In this document: positions 1 to 13,400 of the stretch, piece by piece | Layout of the letters: each line of letters opens with the position of its first letter | Numbering within the stretch: position 1 is the stretch's first letter | Assembly (NCBI GenBank): GCA_040954595.2 | Contig: CM082582.2 | Coordinates: forward strand, 3,704,303 to 3,768,302 | Source of the DNA: Balanoglossus misakiensis | Lineage: Eukaryota; Animalia; Hemichordata | Length of the DNA: 64,000 nt | Direction: 5' to 3' | Notes under the pieces: generated by a model | Told to the model about the DNA's origin: nothing | Databases searched by the model: none | The model's input: only the letters and a program-made list of their open reading frames with translations | Program-made: the position numbers and the translations under genes

Positions 1-1480
1 CTCTATTCCCCATCTTCTAGTGGCAGAATGTGTTCTTAGTCAAGAAAAGCATGTTTTGGAAGGGAGACCATTAATAGTGAAACAATTCCAACCAACAAGG
101 GAGAAAAAGAATCATCATGAACAGAGTGACCATGAAGGTATCTTGCCTATTAATTAAGCTGTGTTTTTTAAATATATTTTGATGATCATGGGGGTATATA
201 TACTTTTCTAGAATAACAGTTGTTTCCACTTCATTTGACTTAAATATGTTTGATGGATCAATGTATACAAATTTTATCAAACTGAAAGCACGAATTGTAC
301 TCTTGGCATAAATATACTCAGTGATGTAGACTTTGTTTTGAGATAAATGGGCATGCAAGACAAGAAACATGATGGGCTCAATGTGATTTTATGGCATTTA
401 CAAACATTACATTTTATGCAAAAGTGCTTAATATCTTTTATGCTTACATGCTTCAGTGCAAATTTTTCATTCTCAGATACCATTCAGGTTGATCCTTGTA
501 AATTGGAAGTCACCGGATTTAAGGAAGGAACTTCTCAGGAAATTGTGGAGATGTACTTTGAGAGCAGGAACAGATCTGGTGGAGGAACACTTGTAAAATG
601 TGAAATGAAAGATGATGAAACTTATATCATTACATATGAAAGTCCAGAAGGTGAGATTATTTACCTGTTCAAATTTCACTGCAAACCCCATATCATATTT
701 ATTGAAAATCTCAAAATATGATGGAAAAACATGCCCATCTTTAGGTAATGTTCGTTGTTGATTGGTGATCACTGTGTGTATTTGTACCGGGTATGTAAAT
801 TGGTTTATTGCTTCACTTGTTTTACCATTTTAAAAATTACTCGGAAATTGTTTGTCCTTATATACTGGTAGTTTCCAAAGTTGCAAATGTGGTAGTTATG
901 ACAACTTGGCAAAATCAGCTTCTGAATGTGTGGAATATTTCCTACTCTGACCTTTTTTTTTCATTTTCTATTAAAAGTTTGTTTTGCAGCAATGTGGTAG
1001 CTGGTCAGCTAAAATTAAAAACAAGTGAAATCTTATGACAATAACATTGTTGATATATGTTTGACAAAATATATAAAATATATATAAAAAAACACTCATT
1101 TTGCATGATTTGCATTAGTAGAATTTATGTGTCATCAATTTCTATTTCTCTATTCCCCATCTTCTAGTGGCAGAATGTGTTCTTAGTCAAGAAAAGCATG
1201 TTTTGGCAGGGAGACCATTAATAGTGAAACAATTCCAACCAACAAGGGAGAAAAAGAAACATCATGAACAGAGTGACCATGAAGGTATCTTGCCTGTTAA
1301 TTAAGCTGTGTTTTTTAATTTTAATATATTTTGATGATCATGGGGGTATATATACTTTTCTAGAATAACAGTATAGTTTCCACTTCATTTGACTTAAATA
1401 TGTTTGATGGATCAATGTATACAAATTTTATCAAACTGAAAGCACGAATTGTACTCTTGGCATGAATACTCAGTGATGTA
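1..1480 (+). repeat. Direct duplication (offset 1147 bp) of an RRM exon and its flanking intron
   Basis: 1-~330 is nearly identical to 1148-~1480, including exon 21-137 vs 1168-1284. Confidence 0.9.
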
Positions 1481-4400
1481 GATGATGTATAATATAATAG
1501 ATGGACATTATTAAAGGTATACGGTCACCTATACAAATTTAGCCACAGTTACCATGGTAAATTGAGATCTAACCAATCACAGATTTTCAGTGGGTGGCAC
1601 ACGCGAAAATAAAGCGTTCTTTAGAACACTCAAATATGCCATTTCAACTATATATGGTGATATGTAAATTGGAGGTGACCGTATACCTTTAAGACAAACA
1701 TGATAGGCTTCATTCTGTATCATAACTTTCATGAGCGCGGTGAGTAGAATTATATTGCCAAAGAATTTACCACTGTGGTTATATCAATATTCTTACTTCC
1801 TGTTTAATAGAGAGTGATTCAGAAGAAGAAGAAGCCAACTGTACAATAGAAGTGACAGGTTTCCCTCCAGACACAAGCACTGAGACACTGGAACTTTACT
1901 TTGAGAGTAAGCGATCAGGTGGTGGTCCTATTGAATCCAAGGAAGTCATCAATGGTGTACTGGTCATTACATTTGAAAGTCCCGATGGTAAGCACTATTG
2001 AAGGGCTATCTATTCAGTATTATTACATTTGGTTTTATGAAGTGCAATGCCAACTTGTGTTTAACAGGATTTCAAATGCAGACCATGCATACTCCACTCA
2101 ATGTAGCAGATAAGGCTTGCACGAAACCTGTCAGCCAAATCCACAACTTACTTAACATTTTGTAAAATCTTTGCAGATGCAGCAAGAGTTCTTGAACGTC
2201 AAAATCACAAAATATCTCAAATGAAGCTGACCGTCAGAGAGCCTGCAAAGAAAAAAAAGAAACCAAAGCTTCCCAGAGATAGACAGAGTTTTCTGTTGAG
2301 AGGATTGGCAGATGGCACAAAAAGAGAACATCTTGAGTTATACTTGGAAACCTGTACTGGGATAGAGGGCGATGCAGAACTACTTTTTGGTGAAGAACCT
2401 GATGTGGTACTAGTTCGATATGATGAAGAAATTGAAGGTAAACATAAGCTGTAGAATGTTAAATAAATCAGATACATAATTGCAATCATGCCCGTCTGCA
2501 TTCCAAAAATCATGAATCAAATACATTTTGTATCACATTTTCATGGCCAGTTACACAGACAGCTGGAAACAAAGGAAAATACATGTTGCACGGCACAGAC
2601 AACTTGCAAAGCACACATAGAATAAACAGTGAGTGGTTTAAATTCACAGTTATATGCAGACATCCTACTTTCTATTGCTATAGAAATCATATTATATTAT
2701 ATCATACTACAGTCTGCCGGTCTGATTGGACGAGAGCTCAATCTAGTGATGCTAAAATACTGTTTTAGCATGGCTATCAGTGGTAAAACGGGCCCTTGAA
2801 CTATTAGCATGCATCAGGGAAAATGTGGGGGTAAACCAAATGAACAAATCAAGGTACAGACATTTTATTTTGGAACTGCTCTGTGAGAATGTTTGATACT
2901 TTGCCCTGCGTGATGCCTGTCATGTCACTTTTTGTTTTCTGCTTCATGTTTAATGCTTGATCCTGTTTTTGCTTAATTAGATTCTGAATTCTATTTTAAA
3001 AATTATGTGATCTATTGCCGAAGTGGTGAAATGCCAACTGAATTGCATTTCATTATACCGGTACAACAAGAAATTCTAGAGGGATAAATTGTTTTTCATC
3101 AGATTTTGAAAATATCAAGAAAAAAATTGGAAAGAAGAAATTGAACAAAGCCAAGATTACAGTTGAACCTGTGCATCTCACCAATTGTATTATGGTAAAA
3201 AATCTTCCTCCAAATGTTACTGATGATACTCTGGAACTGTACTTTGAGGCTAAAAAGAAAAGTGGTGGAGGTGAAGTGGTTGAGGTTGACATGAAAGAAG
3301 ATACAGGGACAGCATTGGTCAGTTTCAAAGATTACAAAGGTAAGAACATAAGAAAGCTAGTTGACAAAGAGTTTACTTACAAGCTGTGAGATTTCTAAAA
3401 CAGGGTTATACTTTTCAAGGTTTGAAGTAAACTTTCTGAAAAAATAATTCATGTAATTCCAAGGAACCATTGGCATTTTAATGTTCTCTGTACATGATAT
3501 AAGGAATCCAAATTTTCCACAGGACAATCACATGATATTTTGTTGGCTAACCTATAAAGTGGAGGGCATTGATGATAGGTTTTCTTCTCTTGTGTCCTCA
3601 GTTCTAGATTCAGTGTTGTCAAGACAACATAAAGTATACAAGAAGGCAATAGAAGTCCAACCATACTATGAATGCCTCGGTGAAGTTGTGAGTAGTGATG
3701 AACCACCAGCCAGAATACCCGATCCAATTACCATAAAGGCCCATCCAAACGTTCTTAATTACATCACATCCAAACCACAGTACCTGGAAGAACTGAAGAA
3801 ATCGCTGTCAAAAGTCTATGCCCAGCATGAATGGCCCGCAGCAGGAAGCAATGATTCCATTCTTATCATTCCCAGTTTTCCAGAGGAAGTGGAAAACCGG
3901 CACCAGAAATACAAAGAATGGCCCAAGACAGTGAACGAAGCTCTCTCCAAGTTCCTGAAGAATTTCAAGTGTGCTGACGTGTCTGTCTTGGAAGGCATCT
4001 GGCTGCAAGTGATCAGTCAGAAGGCAGGATGGGCAACTGGAGAGGTGGAGGTAATTGATGACCAGAACTCTTCACGTATCCTGATAACTGGCAGGCTAGA
4101 GCGTGTGGAACAAGTTGAAGACAAAGTTAACCAGGACATCGAAGATCAAATGCAGAAAGCAAATGATCATGGGGGTATATATACTTTTCTAGAATAACAG
4201 TATTGTTTCCACTTCATTTGACTTAAATATGTTTGATGGATCAATGTATACAAATTTTATCAAACTGAAAGCACGAATTGTACTCTTGGCATGAATACTC
4301 AGTGATGTAGATGATGTATAATATAATAGATGGACATTATTAAAGGTATACGGTCACCTATACAAATTTAGCCACAGTTACCATGGTAAATTGAGATCTA

Positions 4401-7400
4401 ACCAATCACAGATTTTCAGTGGGTGGCACACGCGAAAATAAAGCGTTCTTTAGAACACTCAAATATGCCATTTCAACTATATATGGTGATATGTAAATTG
4501 GAGGTGACCGTATACCTTTAAGACAAACATGATAGGCTTCATTCTGTATCATAACTTTCATGAGCGCGGTGAGTAGAATTATATTGCCAAAGAATTTACC
4601 ACTGTGGTTATATCAATATTCTTACTTCCTGTTTAATAGAGAGTGATTCAGAAGAAGAAGAAGCCAACTGTACAATAGAAGTGACAGGTTTCCCTCCAGA
4701 CACAAGCACTGAGACACTGGAACTTTACTTTGAGAGTAAGCGATCAGGTGGTGGTCCTATTGAATCCAAGGAAGTCATCAATGGTGTACTGGTCATTACA
4801 TTTGAAAGTCCCGATGGTAAGCACTATTGAAGGGCTATCTATTCAGTATTATTACATTTGGTTTTATGAAGTGCAATGCCAACTTGTGTTTAACAGGATT
4901 TCAAATGCAGACCATGCATACTCCACTCAATGTAGCAGATAAGGCTTGCACGAAACCTGTCAGCCAAATCCACAACTTACTTAACATTTTGTAAAATCTT
5001 TGCAGATGCAGCAAGAGTTCTTGAACGTCAAAATCACAAAATATCTCAAATGAAGCTGACCGTCAGAGAGCCTGCAAAGAAAAAAAAGAAACCAAAGCTT
5101 CCCAGAGATAGACAGAGTTTTCTGTTGAGAGGATTGGCAGATGGCACAAAAAGAGAACATCTTGAGTTATACTTGGAAACCTGTACTGGGATAGAGGGCG
5201 ATGCAGAACTACTTTTTGGTGAAGAACCTGATGTGGTACTAGTTCGATATGATGAAGAAATTGAAGGTAAACATAAGCTGTAGAATGTTAAATAAATCAG
5301 ATACATAATTGCAATCATGCCCGTCTGCATTCCAAAAATCATGAATCAAATACATTTTGTATCACATTTTCATGGCCAGTTACACAGACAGCTGGAAACA
5401 AAGGAAAATACATGTTGCACGGCACAGACAACTTGCAAAGCACACATAGAATAAACAGTGAGTGGTTTAAATTCACAGTTATATGCAGACATCCTACTTT
5501 CTATTGCTATAGAAATCATATTATATTATATCATACTACAGTCTGCCGGTCTGATTGGACGAGAGCTCAATCTAGTGATGCTAAAATACTGTTTTAGCAT
5601 GGCTATCAGTGGTAGAACGGGCCCTTGAACTATTAGCATGCATCAGGGAAAATGTGGGGGTAAACCAAATGAACAAATCAAGGTACAGACATTTTATTTT
5701 GGAACTGCTCTGTGAGAATGTTTGATACTTTGCCCTGCGTGATGCCTGTCATGTCACTTTTTGTTTTCTGCTTCATGTTTAATGCTTGATCCTGTTTTTG
5801 CTTAATTAGATTCTGAATTCTATTTTAAAAATTATGTGATCCATTGCCGAAGTGGTGAAATGCCAACTGAATTGCATTTCATTATACCGGTACAACAAGA
5901 AATTCTAGAGGGATAAATTGTTTTTCATCAGATTTTGAAAATATCAAGAAAAAAATTGGAAAGAAGAAATTGAACAAAGCCAAGATTACAGTTGAACCTG
6001 TGCATCTCACCAATTGTATTATGGTAAAAAATCTTCCTCCAAATGTTACTGATGATACTCTGGAACTGTACTTTGAGGCTAAAAAGAAAAGTGGTGGAGG
6101 TGAAGTGGTTGAGGTTGACATGAAAGAAGATACAGGGACAGCATTGGTCAGTTTCAAAGATTACAAAGGTAAGAACATAAGAAAGCTAGTTGACAAAGAG
6201 TTTACTTACAAGCTGTGAGATTTCTAAAACAGGGTTATACTTTTCAAGGTTTGAAGTAAACTTTCTGAAAAAATAATTCATGTAATTCCAAGGAACCATT
6301 GGCATTTTAATGTTCTCTGTACATGATATAAGGAATCCAAATTTTCCACAGGACAATCACATGATATTTTGTTGGCTAACCTATAAAGTGGAGGGCATTG
6401 ATGATAGGTTTTCTTCTCTTGTGTCCTCAGTTCTAGATTCAGTGTTGTCAAGACAACATAAAGTATACAAGAAGGCAATAGAAGTCCAACCATACTATGA
6501 ATGCCTCGGTGAAGTTGTGAGTAGTGATGAACCACCAGCCAGAATACCCGATCCAATTACCATAAAGGCCCATCCAAACGTTCTTAATTACATCACATCC
6601 AAACCACAGTACCTGGAAGAACTGAAGAAATCGCTGTCAAAAGTCTATGCCCAGCATGAATGGCCCGCAGCAGGAAGCAATGATTCCATTCTTATCATTC
6701 CCAGTTTTCCAGAGGAAGTGGAAAACCGGCACCAGAAATGCAAAGAATGGCCCAAGACAGTGAACGAAGCTCTCTCCAAGTTCCTGAAGAATTTCAAGTG
6801 TGCTGACGTGTCTGTCTTGGAAGGCATCTGGCTGCAAGTGATCAGTCAGAAGGCAGGATGGGCAACTGGAGAGGTGGAGGTAATTGATGACCAGAACTCT
6901 TCACGTATCCTGATAACTGGCAGGCTAGAGCGTGTGGAACAAGTTGAAGACAAAGTTAACCAGGACATCGAAGATCAAATGCAGAAAGCAAATGATCATG
7001 GGGGTATATATACTTTTCTAGAATAACAGTATTGTTTCCACTTCATTTGACTTAAATATGTTTGATGGATCAATGTATACAAATTTTATCAAACTGAAAG
7101 CACGAATTGTACTCTTGGCATGAATACTCAGTGATGTAGATGATGTATAATATAATAGATGGACATTATTAAAGGTATACGGTCACCTATACAAATTTAG
7201 CCACAGTTACCATGGTAAATTGAGATCTAACCAATCACAGATTTTCAGTGGGTGGCACACGCGAAAATAAAGCGTTCTTTAGAACACTCAAATATGCCAT
7301 TTCAACTATATATGGTGATATGTAAATTGGAGGTGACCGTATACCTTTAAGACAAACATGATAGGCTTCATTCTGTATCATAACTTTCATGAGCGCGGTG

Positions 7401-10400
7401 AGTAGAATTATATTGCCAAAGAATTTACCACTGTGGTTATATCAATATTCTTACTTCCTGTTTAATAGAGAGTGATTCAGAAGAAGAAGAAGCCAACTGT
7501 ACAATAGAAGTGACAGGTTTCCCTCCAGACACAAGCACTGAGACACTGGAACTTTACTTTGAGAGTAAGCGATCAGGTGGTGGTCCTATTGAATCCAAGG
7601 AAGTCATCAATGGTGTACTGGTCATTACATTTGAAAGTCCCGATGGTAAGCACTATTGAAGGGCTATCTATTCAGTATTATTACATTTGGTTTTATGAAG
7701 TGCAATGCCAACTTGTGTTTAACAGGATTTCAAATGCAGACCATGCATACTCCACTCAATGTAGCAGATAAGGCTTGCACGAAACCTGTCAGCCAAATCC
7801 ACAACTTACTTAACATTTTGTAAAATCTTTGCAGATGCAGCAAGAGTTCTTGAACGTCAAAATCACAAAATATCTCAAATGAAGCTGACCGTCAGAGAGC
7901 CTGCAAAGAAAAAAAAGAAACCAAAGCTTCCCAGAGATAGACAGAGTTTTCTGTTGAGAGGATTGGCAGATGGCACAAAAAGAGAACATCTTGAGTTATA
8001 CTTGGAAACCTGTACTGGGATAGAGGGCGATGCAGAACTACTTTTTGGTGAAGAACCTGATGTGGTACTAGTTCGATATGATGAAGAAATTGAAGGTAAA
8101 CATAAGCTGTAGAATGTTAAATAAATCAGATACATAATTGCAATCATGCCCGTCTGCATTCCAAAAATCATGAATCAAATATCACATTTTCATGGCCAGT
8201 TACACGGACAGTTGGAAACAAAGGAAAATACATGTTGCACAGCACAGACAACTTGCAAAGCACACATAGAATAAACAGTGAGTGGTTTAAATTCACAGTT
8301 ATATGCAGACATCCTACTTTCTATTGCTATAGAAATCATATTATATTATATCATACTACAGTCTGCCGGTCTGATTGGACGAGAGCTCAATCTAGTGATG
8401 CTAAAATACTGTTTTAGCATGGCTATCAGTGGTAAAACGGGCCTTTGAACTAAGCATGCATCAGGGAAAATGTGGGGTAAACCAAATAAACAAAGCAAAA
8501 ATACAGACATTTTATTTTGGAACTGCTCTGTGAGAACGTTTGATACTTTGCCCTGCGTGATGCCTGTCATGTCACTTTTTGTTTTCTGCTTCATGTTTAA
8601 TGCTTGATCCTGTTATTGCTTAATTAGATTCTGAATTCTATTTTAAAAATTATGTGATCCATTGCCGAAGTGGTGAAATGCCAACTGAATTGCATTTCAT
8701 TATACCGGTACAACAAGAAATTCTAGAGGGATAAATTGTTTTTCATCAGATTTTGAAAATATCAAGAAAAAAATTGGAAAGAAGAAATTGAACAAAGCCA
8801 AGATTACAGTTGAACCTGTGCATCTCACCAATTGTATCATGGTAAAAAATCTTCCTCCAAATGTTACTGATGATACTCTGGAACTGTACTTTGAGGCTAA
8901 AAAGAAAAGTGGTGGAGGTGAAGTGGTTGAGGTTGACATGAAAGAAGATACAGGGATTGCATTGGTCAGTTTCAAAGATTACAAAGGTAAGAACATAAGA
9001 AAGCTAGTTGACAAAGAGTTTACTTACAAGCTGTGAGATTTCTAAAACAGGGTTATACTTTTCAAGGTTTGAAGTAAACTTTCTGAAAAAATAATTCATG
9101 TAATTCCAAGGAACCATTGGCATTTTAATGTTCTCTGTACATGATATAAGGAATCCAAATTTTCCACAGGACAATCACATGATATTTTGTTGGCTAACCT
9201 ATAAAGTGGAGGGCATTGATGATAGGTTTTCTTCTCTTGTGTCCTCAGTTCTAGATTCAGTGTTGTCAAGACAACATAAAGTAAACAAGAAGGCAGTACA
9301 AGTCCAACCATATTATGAGTGCCTCGGTGAAGTTGTGAGTAGTGATGAACCACCAGCCAGAATACCCGATCCAATTACCATAAAGGCACATCCAAACGTT
9401 CTTAATTACATCACATCCAAACCACAGTACCTGGAAGAACTGAAGAAATCGCTGTCAAAAGTCTATGCCCAGCATGAATGGCCCGCAGCAGGAAGCAATG
9501 ATTCCATACTTATCATTCCCAGTTTTCCAGAGGAAGTGGAAAACCGGCACCAGAAATGCAAAGAATGGCCCAAGACAGTGAACGAAGCTCTCTCCAAGTT
9601 CCTGAAGAATTTCAAGTGTGCTGACGTGCCTGTCTTGGAAGACATCTGGCTGCAAGTGATCAGTCAGAAGGCAGGATGGGCAACTGGAGAGGTGGAGGTA
9701 ATTGATGACCAGAACTCTTCACGTATCCTGATAACTGGCAGGCTAGAGCGTGTGGAACAAGTTGAAGACAAAGTTAACCAGGTGATCAAGGACATCGAAG
9801 ATCAAATGCAGAAAGCAAAGAGAATGATTAAAGAGAGCCAGAAGCTGGATATCTTGACGATTAAACAGCTCCTTATGTGCAACTTCAGCAAAACCGCCAT
9901 GGCAAAATATCCCGATTTGACCGTAAAAGTCACGCTGAAGTCAAAACAGATATCCTTTCATGGTTTGCCAAATGATGTAAATGCTGCAAAGTGTGACATG
10001 TATGAAACCATGTGCAAAATGCCTAAAATGAGCTTCAAGCCACCAACCCAGTCATATGTTGAATTTTTACAGTTGCCAGATGTCAGCCAAAGAATCTACG
10101 ACATGTTCAAACAAAGCAAAATTCAAGCTATTTACTTTGTTGGGGATGATGGGATTGTTTTGTCCGCCATGAGTCATGCGGACTTAGCTACTGCTAGTAG
10201 AATCATGAAAGGAAGCATAGTGGAGGAGAAGATACAACTGCAACCACGCTCTTTACCAGCCATTCAAAAACAAGAATGGCAAAAACTGGTAACACAGTTG
10301 CAAGAAGATCACGTGACCAAAATAGACATTCCAAAAGGAGACAAGAAGACAGTTTTGATCATAGGATTCCAGACAGAGATCCAAACTGTTTTGGCTCAGC

Positions 10401-13400
10401 TGAAGGACTACATTGCGGTGAACACTGAAGTTGATGAGTCAGTGAAAATTGAAAGTGGTCGAATGAAGTACATTGATGCCTACAAGAAAGATGTCATGGT
10501 GAGGATTGAAAAAGGAGCTCAAAGACTACCTTTGCAAATAAACAGGCAAACAAAAGAGTCTTTTGTTCTACTAACCATCAGAGGAACTGAAGATGATGTC
10601 AAGGTGGCAGCCAAAGCTCTATCACAACTAGCAGACAGTGTGTGTAGACGTACATATCCTGTAGACAAACCAGGGTTGGCCAAGCACATCAGAGAGGAGA
10701 AAGGTAAATTCTCCTTGAAAATGGTGGAAGATCGATGGCAGTGTAAGATTGATGTGAGCGACCCGTCAGAGGGAGACTACAGAGTGTCTGGTGATGATAA
10801 TGATGATGAAGGCTTCGAGAATGTTTCCATGGCTCAGCCAACAACATATCACATTCTCTGTTATCATACAATGGCGAACGGGAGGAGGATTGTGGTTGGC
10901 AAAGGTGATCTTACAAAGATGCATGTAGATGCCATTGTCAGTGCTGCTAATGGAAGCCTCACCTCCTCTACTGGTGGACTTGCCAAGGCAATCACTGATG
11001 CAGGTAAATAATAAGTAAATACTTTTTCTGCTTTTCTCATTCAAGGCAAAATGAAAAGCCATGGTGTTCTAGACGTCAATATGCTTTTTAGTGATAAGAA
11101 TGTATCACATACCCAAGACAAAACACAACCCAAAAGATTCTATCTTGTCAACTAGGTTTCAACAATTTGTAAAATAACTATTTACAAGCAGGAAGTGCAT
11201 GGCTCATCAGTACAGTACTTCCAATAGTTCGACAGTCCACATGTTTCAATATACCCCGGTAGAATGAGACATGTAAATTGTCACCCAGAACTGGAACTTA
11301 ATTGAATGTAAAGAAATAAAAACTGATGAGGACAATTAGCTTTTCAGTAAAATATATAACTTTGATCCTGTTCTTTTAGCATTGTCTTAAAAATGTAATT
11401 GTAAATGTGTTGGGTTTGTCTTTTAGGTGGTCCAGATATACAAGGAGAATGTTCACAAATCATCAGACAAAGGGGAAGATTGTATGAGGGTGAAGCAGTT
11501 CCTACAGGACCTGGGAATTTGTCCTGTAAAGCCATAATTCATGCTGTTTCTCCTGTGTGGCATGGATCATCACACAGCCATTGGAGTGCCGGCCATGGTC
11601 AGGGGAAAGAAGAACGCTTGCTTACTGATGCTGTTTGTAGCAGTCTGAAGATAGCAGAGCAGTTCGGCCATACATCCATTGGTATTCCTGCCATTGGTTC
11701 TGGTGGGCTTGGATTTCCATTGGACTTGTGTGTGAAGACTATTATTGGTGCAGTGGACCATTATTGTTCATTCAGCAAACCAAAGTCCCTGATGGAGATC
11801 AGATTTGTTGACAATAGTGATGCAACTTGTCAACAGTTCCAGGATGAATTGGTTCAATTCTACCGTGGCAACGTTGTTATAACCAGTGAAGAGGAGTCAC
11901 AAGGTTGGTACAGTTGCGTTGTTGGGCAAGTTTAGTCAAATAAATAAATTTCAAGGTACAATATTGAAGTATGTTCAGAAGAATATTGTGCCAACAGAAA
12001 TTCCCCGGGTGACAGTTATACCAATTTTACCAAGTGACAACTTTCAATTGTTTGCCAAGGGAAAGAACACTGAATTTTTTGTGAAAATGAGAAAAAATAG
12101 CAACCTTTAAAATGTTAATACATGTATTTTGATATGCATCAACAATAGTACATAATGTACTGTACTTTGTTAATTAAACAGCCCAATTAAGATGTCTGTA
12201 AACTGCCAATTGCTGATTTCATTCACCTGTCATAGTTGATGAAATCATCATGGTTGCATGATCCAATACAGTTGTATAGAGTCATGTATAAGCACATACA
12301 GCTACATGTTCATTGTAGTGTCAACCACCTATTTCAAAATGGAAGTGGTTAATGGTATCACAGAATATCATATTCACAGAAACAAAACAGCGAAATGTGT
12401 TTCAATTTCTTTATAACAATTTCTTCAGATCTCGACCCACACACACTCAGTGGTGATTATCATCCTATTGGCGTAGTTTAGATTTATAGGTATATACTTT
12501 GATACATGTTTGACTTAATTGATCAGAGGCATAAAGTTTTTGATCATATTTTTTCCCAGGTCAAAATCTGTTTACTGATATCCAGAAGAGCAGACACCAA
12601 TGGCAGATGATGATTGGGAATATATGTGTGCAGGTGCAGGAAGGTGACATCACCGCGGAAACCACTGCTGCTATTGTCAATAGCTCTAATGAAGATCTAA
12701 ATCTGAGTCACGGTAAGATAAAAGTATAACTTTGCATCATAATGTGTGGTCAAAGCTCCCAGCAAGTTTTTTAATTTATTCCCAAATTTCAATATCATGA
12801 GCCTGTCACAAGTTTTATGCATTTTTTCCTGTTAGTTAGTTAGACTTTCAACTTTTTTTTTCGTTTTGGTCAGAGAAAAAAGAAAGCTTAATTGTTGATT
12901 TTAGTCAGAAATATATGACAAATCACAAAAAAGTCAGTTGTTCAGTTTCTTGCCATTAAAATACAATTTTTAAAAATGTTAGTGATTAACTTACATTGTG
13001 TTTATTTAACTTTAAAAATAAAGTTTTTTGGTTTAAACATTCATCTTATCTTCCTAGTGATTCTCTGAATGCATGGTTTGTTTTCAAAGGTTGCAGCTTC
13101 TATATGCACCTGTTTTGTGAGTGTGAGTTGACAACAGTATCGACCAATCAGGAGCAACCTTGCCAGAAAGGCCCCGAACGTCTTACTTAGATTTGTTGAT
13201 AATCAAATGAGCAATGCAAGGTTTGTGATAGACAAGATCTATCACAAACTTCATTTCGACTTCCATTGAAATCTAACACCAATTAATTTAAGGAAGTTGG
13301 AGATTTCATATATTCCCTGAAGGCTGCATTAAAATTTTCTGGAATTGCGGTATAAAATTGACAAGCCTTAAACTGTCCGGAGGTGAACAACCAAATGTGT

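Noticed and set aside
3481-7026. 238-aa ORFs as stand-alone genes
   Set aside because: Their N-terminal ~40 aa are intronic read-through upstream of the acceptors at 3601/6430; they are truncated copies of exon 9249-11003.
2217-11062. Minus-strand ORFs overlapping PARP14 exons
   Set aside because: Antisense shadows of coding exons.
12429-12452. Possible 24-nt phase 1-1 microexon (DLDPHTLS) between the macrodomains
   Set aside because: The acceptor is plausible but the donor (gtgatt) is weak, and the gene is in frame without it; cannot be supported without RNA data.
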